NCBI GenBank assembly: GCA_043797975.1
Contig: JAZDPC010000056.1
Span: 124,491 to 188,490, forward strand
Source of the DNA: Bacteroidota bacterium
GTDB taxonomy: Bacteria; Bacteroidota; Bacteroidia; Bacteroidales; UBA12481
Direction: 5' to 3'
DNA length: 64,000 bases
The translations under genes were made by a program, and so were the position numbers. Positions within the stretch are counted from its first letter, which is position 1. The number at the start of each line of letters is the position of its first letter. The notes beneath the pieces are model-generated. The model was given only the letters and a program-made list of their open reading frames with translations. It ran no database searches and was not told where the DNA came from. Below, piece after piece: positions 49,601 through 59,416 of this stretch.

Positions 49601-50323
49601 TCAGTCGAACAAGGCCTGCAGGATCAGATGCGACCGGATCTCGCCGATGCCTTCCAGGTGATGCATGTAAAACCGAAGAATGCCGTCGAGCAGCTCCTGC
49701 CGCTGGTGCCTGTTCAGATTGATACTGGCTATTTCCGATACCGGTATCTGCATGAATGCTACCAATTGCGACGTCATATCCGGGGGAAGAGCCTGACCTT
49801 GCTGAGGCTTATCAGGCAGAAAAACTCCTGATAACAATTCGAGCCAGCGGCGATCCCCATCGGGCAGCCCTGGATTGAAACCGAAGTAGCGTGCCAGGCG
49901 GATCAGAAAATAAATATGGAAATTGGCCACGCTGTGGTCCGCAACATCCAGATATTGAATATGATAACTTAGAAAGTCGAACAGGTCCTCGTTCGGTGTC
50001 TCTTCACGCAGTGTTTTATTCAGGACCTCCGACAGGAAGAGGGCGACTGAGCTTTTAACCGGATCGCCCGTCATGTGCACAAAAGGGCTGTGGTTGCGGG
50101 CTTCCTTGATCTTCTGAAGATCCCGGCTGGATTTGTAGTAAACCTCCAGTTCCAGGATTGTCAGGGGCTGAAAGAGGTGGGTTTTCCGGTTTTTCGAGGA
50201 AGTGCGGGCTCCCGGGACCAGGATGCCCATACGGCCCCATCGCCGGGTATAGAGGTGAACAATCAGGCTGGTTTCCCCGAACTTGATCTGACTTAGAACA
50301 ATCCCGAGGGTTTTTTCAATCAT
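49601..50323 (-). CDS. recO: DNA repair protein RecO
   Basis: N-terminal OB-fold pattern (TLGIVLSQIKFGETSLIVHLYTRRWGRMGILV), 240 aa. Confidence 0.85.
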   Translation of the reverse strand: MIEKTLGIVLSQIKFGETSLIVHLYTRRWGRMGILVPGARTSSKNRKTHLFQPLTILELEVYYKSSRDLQKIKEARNHSPFVHMTGDPVKSSVALFLSEVLNKTLREETPNEDLFDFLSYHIQYLDVADHSVANFHIYFLIRLARYFGFNPGLPDGDRRWLELLSGVFLPDKPQQGQALPPDMTSQLVAFMQIPVSEIASINLNRHQRQELLDGILRFYMHHLEGIGEIRSHLILQALFD

Positions 50324-50325
50324 GA

Positions 50326-52656
50326 TTATCTGACGATCAAAATCTTAGTTACAGCTTTCCCGGTCTGGTCAGAAGTTGAAGCAAAAACTAGATACACGCC
50401 GGTTGCTACAGGGCTGCCCGATCTGTTGTTGCCATCCCAGACCATCTGTCCGCCCAGGCTCTCTCCTTCATAAACCAAACCCCCGGCCAGATCGGTAATC
50501 CTGACCGCAGCATCAACCGGCAGCCCCTTCACGGTTATGGGCCCTGAATATCCCGGTCTGACAGGATTGGGGAATGCATACACGGGACCTTCATAGATAT
50601 CTGCACGGGTTGCCGTTCCGCGGTAAGAAACCACGCCGGCTTCAGTACCGAAATGAACTTCGCCGGACTGATGATCAATAGCAATAGAGATGATATTGTT
50701 GGACAGAAGCGGTGAGTTGGACATGTTGAAAGACTGGATCATGTCGGTACCTTCGGGATTGGTGAGAAAGACGCCGGAATTGCGTGTTCCGAACCATTTC
50801 CGGTTAGCTCCGTCAACCGCGATCGCCGTCACAATCTCGGTTGACAGGAGGCCGTGATAATATCCGTCGCCCAGGTTGACGCTTGGCTGGATGGCATAAA
50901 AATCGTCTTCTTCATTGAAGACCAGGTAGGGGGCATAATAAACTACCACTCCGCTGCTGGTACCAATCCACAACTTGCTTCCATCCAGCTCGGCAGCCAT
51001 GGAATATACATCGTTCATGATCGTTGACTTGGGGCTTAGAGCATTGACCGTTACTTTCATTTGCCGGTCATCCGTCAGGTCTTCGAGGCTGGTTCCGTTG
51101 TCAAAGGCAAAAAGCCCGAAACCCTTGGGCAATTGCACCCACTTGATGTCGCCGGAAGTGATCACGATCTGTCCGGTAAAAGCATCGCCCAGATATTGTC
51201 CATAAGCAAAATTCTGCCAGGTCCCATCCGGTGTCATTACGGAAACGGGATTCTGGACCCCGGAATTGGTTACCCACAGGTTGTTTTTGGAATCAAACAC
51301 CAGGCCTCCCACACGGATATAGGGATATCCGGCAAAAATACTCTGCAAGGCCCCACCGGTATTGGTATCGTTAAAAACGCCCACATATTCCCCGTCACGG
51401 AACTCCAGCACGCCGGATCCCCAGGAAGCCCCAAATACATGATGCTCATCGGCCGGATCTACTGCCAGATCCACGATATCGCGAATATCACCCCATGCCG
51501 GCACAGTAGCGGGAGTAAAGGCGGTCCAGGTACCCTTGAGTTTTGCCGATACACCGCTGTTGTTCCAGATATTGTTCCAGGACGCATCGTAGCCGCCGGA
51601 GGCAATCCACAAATCACCACCCGCGACAGCCAGGTCAAAGGTCTTGCGGTCCCAGGGTCCCTCCGGCTTCTTCCGGATGAAGTCAGTATAATCTGTTGTG
51701 ATAACCAGCCCGAAATCCCGGTCGGCGATCCAGTTCCTTCCCTGATTGTCGACCATCAGGTCACCCGGGTTGATGATGTCTTCTCCGTAATGATTGATAT
51801 TCCGGTGAAGGATCCCGTCGGTGCCAATAAAATTGATCTGATAAGAACTGACCACCATCAGTTCATCGCCAATGAAGCGCATGCGCCTTATATCATTATA
51901 ATAGCGGGGGAACCATTCCCATTCGTACCCGTCATAAGTGAAAATGGAATCGACATCACCGCTGTTGCTCAGGTGCGAAGCCCATAAGGTACCGTCGTAA
52001 TAAGCCAGGTGGTTATAGGTATCACCACTGAACGGCTGACCGGGTACCAGGCTCCAGTTCCTGAAATTCTCAAGATCGGGATCATATTTCGAAGCCTTGT
52101 AAATCCCTGCCTCAGTAGCGGCAAAGATCGAATCATAATGAAAGATCATGGTTTCAAATACCTCGATATGAGATCCATCAGGCCCGATATAATACGTGGA
52201 GGCAACTTCGTTCCGGACAATATTGAGCCGGATAATTCCAAATCCACAGGAAAGGAGGGCTTCGTCACCTTCGACCTGGATGCTGTTGATCCGCTTGCTT
52301 CCGGTAATAGCTTTGCGCTTGATATCCGGAATATTAATGATCTGGTTATTCTTTAACAGATCGATATTGGAATTGGCATATGCGATGATCAGGGTGTTAT
52401 GTTCCTCACTGAAAGCCAGGCAGGCGATTTCAACGTCGCTCAGGCCGTTAACTTTCGACCATTTGGAAATAGTCTCCGACTCCGGGTCATACGAAAAGAG
52501 ACCGCTGCGGGTGGCACACCAAACAATGCCCCGGGCCTCCACCAGGCTGATAGCCTGTCCGAACGACAGCTGATCCTACCATTCCCCGACGCGTACCTGT
52601 GCCCTGACAGGCATGGCAAGGATCAAAATCAATGATAATATGAATAGTTTTCGCAT
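50326..52656 (-). pseudogene. PorZ-like T9SS double beta-propeller protein, interrupted by an in-frame TAG (52578-52576) right after the signal peptide
   Basis: The same reading frame gives MRKLFILSLILILAMPVRAQVRVGEW*DQLSFGQAISLVEARGIVWCATRSGLFSYD... The downstream part is 738 aa of two-component-regulator-propeller-type repeats plus a CTD (VYAFPNPVRPGYSGPITVKGLP...GVYLVFAS). Confidence 0.55.
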
Positions 52657-52660
52657 CAAT

Positions 52661-53270
52661 TTATAATAACCTATCATCCCCGGATTTATTGCCTGTCTTG
52701 CGCAGGAACTGCACCAGGGCTGCAACGGCCCGGCCGCGATGGGAGATCGAGTTTTTCTCGTCATGCGTCATTTCTGCAAAACTCTTGTCATAGCCGTCGG
52801 GGAGAAACACCGGATCGTACCCGAATCCCTTGTTACCACGGTTCTCAGTGAGGATTGTTCCTTCAACCGTTCCTTTAAAAAGGTATTCCCGGCCATCAAG
52901 GATGAGGGCGATCACCGTACGGAAACGCGCTGTCCGTTTCACTTTCCCATTCATAGCTTCGAGAAGCTTGATCACATTGTCGGCATAGGTGGCATTTTCC
53001 CCTGCATAACGCGCAGAGAAAACTCCGGGAGCTCCGTCAAGCGCATCAACTTCCAGACCCGTATCATCGGCGAAGCAGTCTGCGCCATATCGCTCATAAA
53101 TATACCGGGCTTTCATCAAGGCATTCCCTTCCAGATCGGGTTCCGTCTCAGGGATTTCTCCGCTGAAGCCTATATCAGAAAGGCCATTGACCGTAAACCC
53201 GTCTCCTGTGATCTGGCGGATTTCGAAAAGCTTGTGGCGGTTATTCGTGACGAAAATCAGTTCCCCGCAT
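52661..53270 (-). CDS. rdgB: dITP/XTP pyrophosphatase (RdgB/HAM1 family) with an apparent 1-nt frameshift just after the start codon
   Basis: The track ORF (152 aa) lacks the conserved N-terminus. That part (ELIFVTNNRHKLFEIRQITGDGF...EIPETEPDLEGNAL) is encoded in frame upstream with no ATG/GTG/TTG. An ATG at 53270-53268 lies one nucleotide out of frame, before a G4 run. Confidence 0.7.
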
Positions 53271-53283
53271 CTCTTTTTTTTAA

Positions 53284-53291
53284 TACTTTTG
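53284..53291 (+). promoter_or_regulatory. -7 box TActTTTG upstream of ilvE
   Basis: Exact TAnnTTTG match 33 nt before ATG 53325, in the 54-bp divergent region shared with rdgB. Confidence 0.45.
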
Positions 53292-53324
53292 ATAAGTCAA
53301 AACGTTGATCAGATAAGACAAATC

Positions 53325-54344
53325 ATGGAAACACTTGATTGGAAATCGCTGCCGTTCGGTTACATTAAAACCGACTACAATGTACGCTGTTATTACCGTG
53401 ATGGCAAGTGGGGAGAATTGGAAATTTCTTCTTCGGAAATTATCAACCTGCATATGGCTGCAACTTCATTGCACTATGGACAAGCTGCATTTGAAGGGTT
53501 AAAGGCCTTCATGGGACGTGACGGAAAAGTCAGGGTGTTCCGCTGGAAGGATAATGCCGCAAGGATGCGATCATCGGCAGAGGGTATCCTGATGGCCGAA
53601 GTGCCGGATGAATTATTTCATGAGACAATGATCAGGACTATCAGGATGAATCTTCGTTTTGTTCCGCCTTTCGGTTCGGGAGCCTCCCTGTATATCCGTC
53701 CTCTGCTGATCGGTTCAGGTGCAGAGGTAGGAGTGAAAGCTGCCAGGGAATATTTATTCATGATCTTCGTAACTCCGGTCGGACCCTATTTCAAGGAGGG
53801 ATTCAAACCGTCAAGCATGATCATTACCCGTGAATTCGACCGGGCTGCACCTTTGGGTACAGGGCGGATCAAGGTGGGCGGGAACTATGCGGCAAGCCTC
53901 AAAGCCATGGACCTGGCGCACAAACAGGGATATTCCTCAGCCCTTTTCCTGGATGCACGCGAAAAGAAATATATCGATGAAGCCGGTCCGGCCAATTTCT
54001 TCGGAATTAAGAACAATACCTATATAACGCCTGATTCTTTCTCCATCCTGCCCAGCATTACCAATAAAAGTTTACAGAAGATTGCCCTCGATATGGGCAT
54101 GAAGGTCGAGGTAAGACCCGTTCCCGTTGAGGAACTCGCTACATTCGAGGAAGTGGGAGCATGCGGCACAGCTGCCGTCATCAGCCCGGTTAAGGCTATC
54201 GTGGATAACGAGTCGGGTAAGACTTATCACATCGGTTCCAGTGACGAACCGGGACCCTGGTCGAGGAAACTGTACGAGCGGCTTATTGCCATCCAAACCG
54301 GTGAGGTACCCGATCCGTATGGGTGGATTGAAGTTGTAAAATAG
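53325..54344 (+). CDS. ilvE: Branched-chain amino acid aminotransferase (class IV)
   Basis: 339 aa from METLDWKSLPFGYIKTDYN, with LHYGQAAFEGLKAF and GGNYAASL. Confidence 0.9.
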   Translation: METLDWKSLPFGYIKTDYNVRCYYRDGKWGELEISSSEIINLHMAATSLHYGQAAFEGLKAFMGRDGKVRVFRWKDNAARMRSSAEGILMAEVPDELFHETMIRTIRMNLRFVPPFGSGASLYIRPLLIGSGAEVGVKAAREYLFMIFVTPVGPYFKEGFKPSSMIITREFDRAAPLGTGRIKVGGNYAASLKAMDLAHKQGYSSALFLDAREKKYIDEAGPANFFGIKNNTYITPDSFSILPSITNKSLQKIALDMGMKVEVRPVPVEELATFEEVGACGTAAVISPVKAIVDNESGKTYHIGSSDEPGPWSRKLYERLIAIQTGEVPDPYGWIEVVK

Positions 54345-54368
54345 AACTTTTTATACCCGGATTTACCC

Positions 54369-54396
54369 AAGCCGGCCATGTGCCGGCTTTTTTTAT
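54369..54396 (+). terminator. Rho-independent terminator after ilvE
   Basis: aagccggc-catgt-gccggctt followed by tttttatt. Confidence 0.7.
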
Positions 54397-54496
54397 TGAA
54401 AATTTTCTCCCTGATTATCAATTCTTTATTCTATATTCTTACGTTTTTTTTCTATTTTTTTAGTACTATGTGATACAAGATACTAAAATATCAATA

Positions 54497-54504
54497 TATC
54501 TTTG
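54497..54504 (+). promoter_or_regulatory. -7 box TAtcTTTG upstream of the pspC/padR cluster
   Basis: Exact TAnnTTTG match 54 nt before ATG 54559, in an AT-rich intergenic region. Confidence 0.35.
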
Positions 54505-54558
54505 CAAAGACAACAACAAGGTTAAAGCAAGTATTCTGAACAATAAAACTATTAGGTT

Positions 54559-55104
54559 ATGAAAAGAACTATTCAAATTAATCTGGCCGGAACCATCTTT
54601 AATATAGATGATGATGCCTATGAAATCCTCCACGACTACCTGGGTGCGGTGGAGCGTCAGTTTACGTCGGCCACCGACGGGAGGGAAGTGATTCACGATC
54701 TGGAACTCCGCATGGCCGAACTGTTTACAGAACGCTTAAAACCCCTCAGACAAGTTGTTTCGATTGATGATGTACAGGAAGTGCTGGCAATTCTGGGTAA
54801 ACCCGAAGATATCGGCGGACGGCAGGATGCCGGTTATCAAAAATCAACAAGATTTTCAAGTTATTCAGGAGGACGCAGAAGTCGCCGCATGTACAGGGAT
54901 TCAGAAGACAAGCAGCTTGGAGGGGTTTGCTCCGGAATGGCCTATTATTTCAATACCGATCCGTTGCTGATCCGCATCCTGATGGTAATTGCCCTTTTCA
55001 TGGGATTCGGCTTCCTGCTCTATATCATCCTCTGGATTGTTATTCCGGTGGCTCTGACCCCGGATCAGATCAGCGAAATGAAAACCGGATCAAATTATTT
55101 CTGA
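54559..55104 (+). CDS. PspC-domain membrane protein (short form)
   Basis: A cytoplasmic N-terminal domain followed by the PspC motif RRMYRDSEDKQLGGVCSGMAYYFNTDPLLIRILMVIALF. Confidence 0.8.
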   Translation: MKRTIQINLAGTIFNIDDDAYEILHDYLGAVERQFTSATDGREVIHDLELRMAELFTERLKPLRQVVSIDDVQEVLAILGKPEDIGGRQDAGYQKSTRFSSYSGGRRSRRMYRDSEDKQLGGVCSGMAYYFNTDPLLIRILMVIALFMGFGFLLYIILWIVIPVALTPDQISEMKTGSNYF

Positions 55105-55117
55105 GAGGAGACCAGCC

Positions 55118-55837
55118 ATGAAAAAAGTACTGACAACCATTGGACTGATATTAACGGTCGTACTACTGATCATCCTGATGATAGCCTGCCAGGGCGGGAT
55201 TGTTGGGAACGGCAGAGTTGTGACCCGGACTGAGGATATCGGGAAATTCACCCGCCTGGTGATCAGCGGTAATTTCAATGTATTTCTGACCCAATCAGAC
55301 AAACCTTCCCTTAAACTGGAAATGGATGAAAACCTAATGGATATTGTTAGGATTTCCGAAGAGGGCAATACGCTCAGGATCGATACCAAGATCAATATCC
55401 TTCAGGCTCGCGAAAAGAATCTTTATATCAGTGTAAAAGATCTGGAAAAACTCGACCTGAGCGGCGCAGTAAAGCTGACCAACGACTCGGTTCTTGAGGT
55501 TGAATCCCTGGGCATCCTTGCTGCCGGGGCTGTCAGGCTTGATATGTTAATTCAAGCCAGGCAGCTCAAGCTGGATCTGACCGGAGCCTCCGAATGCGAT
55601 TTCCGCGGAAAGGTGGACGAATTGAGGATGCAATTGTCGGGTGCCGGTGATTTTGATGCATTTGACCTGGTAGCCCAGGATGTGGAGATAGACATGAGCG
55701 GAGCAGGGAGTGCCAGGGTGTATGCCACCGAGCAGCTTGATGTGTCGATATCGGGAGCCGGATCCGTGAAATACCGTGGAGATCCTGATGTGCATAAACA
55801 GATATCAGGACTCGGTTCATTAAGAAGAGACTATTAA
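55118..55837 (+). CDS. DUF2807 / head-GIN-domain protein (beta-helical, membrane-anchored)
   Basis: An N-terminal TM segment, then GNGRVVTRTEDIGKFTRLVISGNFNVFLTQSDKPSLKLEMDENLMDIV, and repeated SGAG/GAGS strands. Confidence 0.6.
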   Translation: MKKVLTTIGLILTVVLLIILMIACQGGIVGNGRVVTRTEDIGKFTRLVISGNFNVFLTQSDKPSLKLEMDENLMDIVRISEEGNTLRIDTKINILQAREKNLYISVKDLEKLDLSGAVKLTNDSVLEVESLGILAAGAVRLDMLIQARQLKLDLTGASECDFRGKVDELRMQLSGAGDFDAFDLVAQDVEIDMSGAGSARVYATEQLDVSISGAGSVKYRGDPDVHKQISGLGSLRRDY

Positions 55838-55847
55838 TCTATATATC

Positions 55848-56186
55848 ATGGAAATAGAAAAAATTGAAAATGCCAAAGCTCAAATGAGGAAGGGAGTCCT
55901 GGAGTATTGCATCCTGACGGTTCTGAACCAGCAGGACTGTTACGCCACGGATATCCTCCGGAGGCTGAAGGAAGCCAGGCTGATCGTCGTGGAGGGAACC
56001 CTTTATCCTCTTCTTACCCGCCAGAAAAATGCGGGATTGCTGAGCTACCGTTGGGAAGAATCACCACAGGGACCTCCCAGGAAATACTATAAGCTGACCG
56101 ATAAAGGCCGGGAGTTTTTGAAAGAACTCGATTCTTCGTGGGATGACCTGGTCAAGGCCGTCGGATTAATTCATGAACAAGCCTGA
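55848..56186 (+). CDS. PadR family transcriptional regulator
   Basis: 112 aa with a winged helix (GVLEYCILTVLNQQDCYATDILRRLKE...EGTLYPLLTRQKNAGLLSYRWEES..GPPRKYYKLTDKG). Confidence 0.85.
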   Translation: MEIEKIENAKAQMRKGVLEYCILTVLNQQDCYATDILRRLKEARLIVVEGTLYPLLTRQKNAGLLSYRWEESPQGPPRKYYKLTDKGREFLKELDSSWDDLVKAVGLIHEQA

Positions 56187-56196
56187 TCCAATCGAA

Positions 56197-57783
56197 ATGA
56201 AAAAGACAATTAAAATCAACCTGGGTGGAGTGGTCTTCCACATTGATGAAGATGCTTACGACCTGCTGAGGAATTATCTTGATCAGCTCGATGCACGGTT
56301 CAAAGCCGAACCTGGCGGATCAGAGATCCTTACTGATATTGAAACCCGCATGGCGGAGTTATTTCAGTCAAAAATCACCCCCGAAAAAGAAGTGCTCACT
56401 CTGGCTGATGCCCGAGAGGTTATTGATATCATGGGTGAACCCGAGGAGATAGTCGATGAAACTCCCGGGGAGGAAGAGATTCCCTTTACCCGGCAAACCG
56501 GCCGGAGAGGCCGCCGGATGTACCGGGATCCCGATAATCAGATCATCGGAGGGGTTTGCTCGGGTCTGGGGGCTTATCTGAATATCGATCCGGTTTTTGT
56601 CCGCATACTCTTCGTGATCTTTACCCTCGCTTACGGGATAGGTCTTCTTATCTATATCCTGATGTGGATCGTTATCCCGGAAGCACGCACCGCGGCGGAA
56701 AAACTTGAGATGTTCGGCGAGCAGGTGAACGTATATAACATCGAGAAGAAAGTCCGCCAGGAATACCGGCAGACGACCGATTCAAAAGGTGAACGGATCC
56801 CTGGGAGACGGAGCAACATTATAGGACGGATTTTTCAGGTAATAGGGAGAATCATCCTGGTGTTTTTCAAGATCATCGGATTCATTATTATCGGTTCACT
56901 GGCCATTGCCGGACTGGCAATACTGGCGTCGCTCATTGGCTTCGCAATCGGAGGTCACACCTGGTTCTTTGATCCCAGCTGGAACGACAACATGTTCAGG
57001 CTCCGAGACGCATTCGGGCTCTTCGTTTCACCGGTTGGCGGAACGATCGGCTTTATCTCCCTGATCCTGCTTGTCGCCATTCCGGTTTTAAGCCTGATAT
57101 ATTGGCTGGCGAAGATCATCTTCCGATTCAAGGCCAATGACAGAGCCGTCGGGATGAGTTCGTTCGGTGTCTGGGTTATTGCACTCATCGTCCTTCTGGT
57201 TATCGGGGTCAACGAGGGGATGCAGTATTCCAACCGCGGTTCAACCGAAACGGAAACAGAGCTCACCATGCCTCAGAACAAGACGCTTCTTGTAAAATGC
57301 TTTCCCGAGACCAACTATGGCTTCGAGGCCATAACAAAATTCGACCGGCATAGTGAATATCGCCTGGCCGGGAGCAAGGATTCATTGAGCCTAATAATCC
57401 GCCCCAAGATTTTTATTGAATATACCAGCGACTCTATTCCCGAAATTCACATTGTTAAACGGGCTCATGGAACAAGTTACTCCGTGGCCTGTCAACATGC
57501 CGAGGAAATCCGGTACAATTACCAGGTTAGCGATACCGTGCTGACCCTGGAACCTGCAATCCGGCTTTCTCAGAAAAACCGTTTCCATGTTCAGGAAGTT
57601 GAGGTTACCATCGGCCTGCCCGAGGGAACCAAAATCTATCTGGATGAGAATATAAAGGATCTCCTCCATGGTATCCGTAATACCGAGGATACCTGGTCGG
57701 CCGATATGGTCGGAAAAGAGTGGGTCATGACCCCCGAAGGGCTTTCCCGTGTTTTACAAAATCAGCCTGCCGGCGGGATTTAA
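56197..57783 (+). CDS. PspC-domain membrane protein (long form with a large C-terminal extracytoplasmic domain)
   Basis: The N-terminal domain is a paralog of 54559-55104. PspC motif RRMYRDPDNQIIGGVCSGLGAYLNIDPVFVRILFVIF, followed by several TM segments and a beta-rich tail. The start was chosen at MKKTIKINLGG by analogy; ATG 56173 is also possible. Confidence 0.75.
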   Translation: MKKTIKINLGGVVFHIDEDAYDLLRNYLDQLDARFKAEPGGSEILTDIETRMAELFQSKITPEKEVLTLADAREVIDIMGEPEEIVDETPGEEEIPFTRQTGRRGRRMYRDPDNQIIGGVCSGLGAYLNIDPVFVRILFVIFTLAYGIGLLIYILMWIVIPEARTAAEKLEMFGEQVNVYNIEKKVRQEYRQTTDSKGERIPGRRSNIIGRIFQVIGRIILVFFKIIGFIIIGSLAIAGLAILASLIGFAIGGHTWFFDPSWNDNMFRLRDAFGLFVSPVGGTIGFISLILLVAIPVLSLIYWLAKIIFRFKANDRAVGMSSFGVWVIALIVLLVIGVNEGMQYSNRGSTETETELTMPQNKTLLVKCFPETNYGFEAITKFDRHSEYRLAGSKDSLSLIIRPKIFIEYTSDSIPEIHIVKRAHGTSYSVACQHAEEIRYNYQVSDTVLTLEPAIRLSQKNRFHVQEVEVTIGLPEGTKIYLDENIKDLLHGIRNTEDTWSADMVGKEWVMTPEGLSRVLQNQPAGGI

Positions 57784-57859
57784 CCCCCGGGCGGCTGGTT
57801 TTATTGTTCCTGTCCGGCCGGTGATGGTTTCCCATCCCGGCCGGCTTGAACATTTTTAG

Positions 57860-57867
57860 TATTTTTG
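57860..57867 (+). promoter_or_regulatory. -7 box TAttTTTG directly upstream of the CPBP protease gene
   Basis: Exact TAnnTTTG match ending 5 nt before ATG 57873. Confidence 0.3.
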
Positions 57868-57872
57868 GGGCC

Positions 57873-58805
57873 ATGGGAAACAGTTATTTTTCTTCACGGC
57901 ACCCGTTTGTACAGCTTGTTTTCGCTGCACTCATCATACTTGTTACGTTCCTGGCCGTTACCCTCCTTACCCTGATTCCCGGATTGTTTATTTTCAGAGT
58001 TCCCCTCTCCGATTGGGCGAGTGCGCTTGATGTCAGTAATCCTGCTAATGTTCCTTTCCTGAAATACCTGCAGATCACCCAGGTATTGGCTTTGTTTATC
58101 CTTCCTCCGATGATCATCGGCTGGATTGATTGCCGCAATCCGTTTAAATTTCTGCAGATCGACCGGATTCCCGGTTCCCGCCTGACGTTACTGTCTATTG
58201 CCATCCTGATATTGATCGTACCACTGATCACTTTTCTGGGCTGGCTGAACGAAAGCATGCAGCTGCCCCGTTTTCTGGGCTGGCTCGAGGATTGGATGCT
58301 GCGATCGGAGGCACAGATGGGAGACCTGACTAAAGCATTCCTGGAAGTGAACAACTTTGGAGGATACCTGATCAATGTCCTGATGGTGGTCTTCCTGGCG
58401 GCTTTCGGTGAGGAATTCTTTTTCAGGGGAATTGTCCAGAAATTACTCCATCGGTGGATCCGGAATCCTCATTGGGCAATCATCGTTGCCGCCATCATTT
58501 TTTCGGCTTTTCACCAACAGTATTACGGATTTCTTCCCCGGTTCGTCCTCGGCCTTCTGTTTGGATACCTGTTTTACTGGTCAGGGAACCTTTGGTACGC
58601 CATCATACCTCATTTCATCAACAATCTGATCCCGGTAACCCTCAGTTACGCAGCCCCTGCAATGTTTGCTTCAGGCGAACTTGAGCCGGTCATTACCGGG
58701 CAAAACGATTGGATCTGGATCGTTCCGGCCACCCTTGCGGCTATCGGGGCAGTTTATTACTTTTACAGGAAAGCAAGAGTCGTGACGCCAAGAAGTGATG
58801 AGTGA
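57873..58805 (+). CDS. CPBP family intramembrane glutamic endopeptidase
   Basis: A multi-TM protein with the EEFFFRG motif and later FSAFH / HFINN motifs. Confidence 0.8.
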   Translation: MGNSYFSSRHPFVQLVFAALIILVTFLAVTLLTLIPGLFIFRVPLSDWASALDVSNPANVPFLKYLQITQVLALFILPPMIIGWIDCRNPFKFLQIDRIPGSRLTLLSIAILILIVPLITFLGWLNESMQLPRFLGWLEDWMLRSEAQMGDLTKAFLEVNNFGGYLINVLMVVFLAAFGEEFFFRGIVQKLLHRWIRNPHWAIIVAAIIFSAFHQQYYGFLPRFVLGLLFGYLFYWSGNLWYAIIPHFINNLIPVTLSYAAPAMFASGELEPVITGQNDWIWIVPATLAAIGAVYYFYRKARVVTPRSDE

Positions 58806-58846
58806 CGAGTGATAAGTGACGAGTAATCCCGGGCGGAAGCCCGGGG
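58794..58846. repeat. Heptamer array (agtgatg agtgacg agtgata agtgacg agtaatc) followed by a GC hairpin tcccgggc-ggaa-gcccgggg
   Basis: Read directly. The array supplies the last codons and the TGA stop of the CPBP gene. Confidence 0.5.
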
Positions 58847-58866
58847 GACATCATAAATTGTTAACC

Positions 58867-59385
58867 ATGAAATACTTAGCATCCCTTACCCTGCTCCTGT
58901 CCTTGGCAGCACTCCATCTGTCTGCCCAGGAGCAAGACTCCTCCAACCTGCTGAAAGTGAGTGATGATATGCCTGAATTTACTTTGAAAACTCTCGATGG
59001 GAATACCGTCAGCTCCGATGACCTGTACGGGAAAGTTGTGCTGATCAATTTCTTCGCCACATGGTGCCCTCCGTGCAACCTGGAATTGCCTCTTCTTGAA
59101 AAGGATATATGGGCTAAATACAAGGATGATGAAAACTTTGTGCTGCTGGTGATCGACCGCGAAGAACCGGCTGATAAGGTTGCTCCGTTCGTTAAAAAGA
59201 AAAAATTCACCATGCCATTTTATCTTGATCCCAAACGCGAGGTTTATGGCCTGTTTGCAACGAAATTCATTCCGCGCAACTATCTCTTCGACAAAGAAGG
59301 ACGGCTGATGCTCTGTTCCAAAGGCTTCAGCAAGGAGGATTTCGATGTGCTCCTGAAGGAGCTGGGCGCTTTATTGAAGAAGTAA
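58867..59385 (+). CDS. TlpA-family thiol:disulfide oxidoreductase (periplasmic)
   Basis: Signal peptide MKYLASLTLLLSLAALHLSAQ and the motif FFATWCPPC. Confidence 0.8.
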   Translation: MKYLASLTLLLSLAALHLSAQEQDSSNLLKVSDDMPEFTLKTLDGNTVSSDDLYGKVVLINFFATWCPPCNLELPLLEKDIWAKYKDDENFVLLVIDREEPADKVAPFVKKKKFTMPFYLDPKREVYGLFATKFIPRNYLFDKEGRLMLCSKGFSKEDFDVLLKELGALLKK

Positions 59386-59416
59386 TTATAGCCACTTCTT
59401 CCTTCTAACTTCCTAC

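Noticed and set aside
52739-53308. A 189-aa plus-strand ORF spanning the rdgB region.
   Set aside because: It is antisense to clear RdgB-family sequence and has no motifs of its own.
57784-57850. The GC-rich palindrome ccggccgg...ccggccgg after the long pspC gene as a terminator.
   Set aside because: The stem is short and self-complementary, and no convincing U-run follows immediately. The evidence is not strong enough to call.
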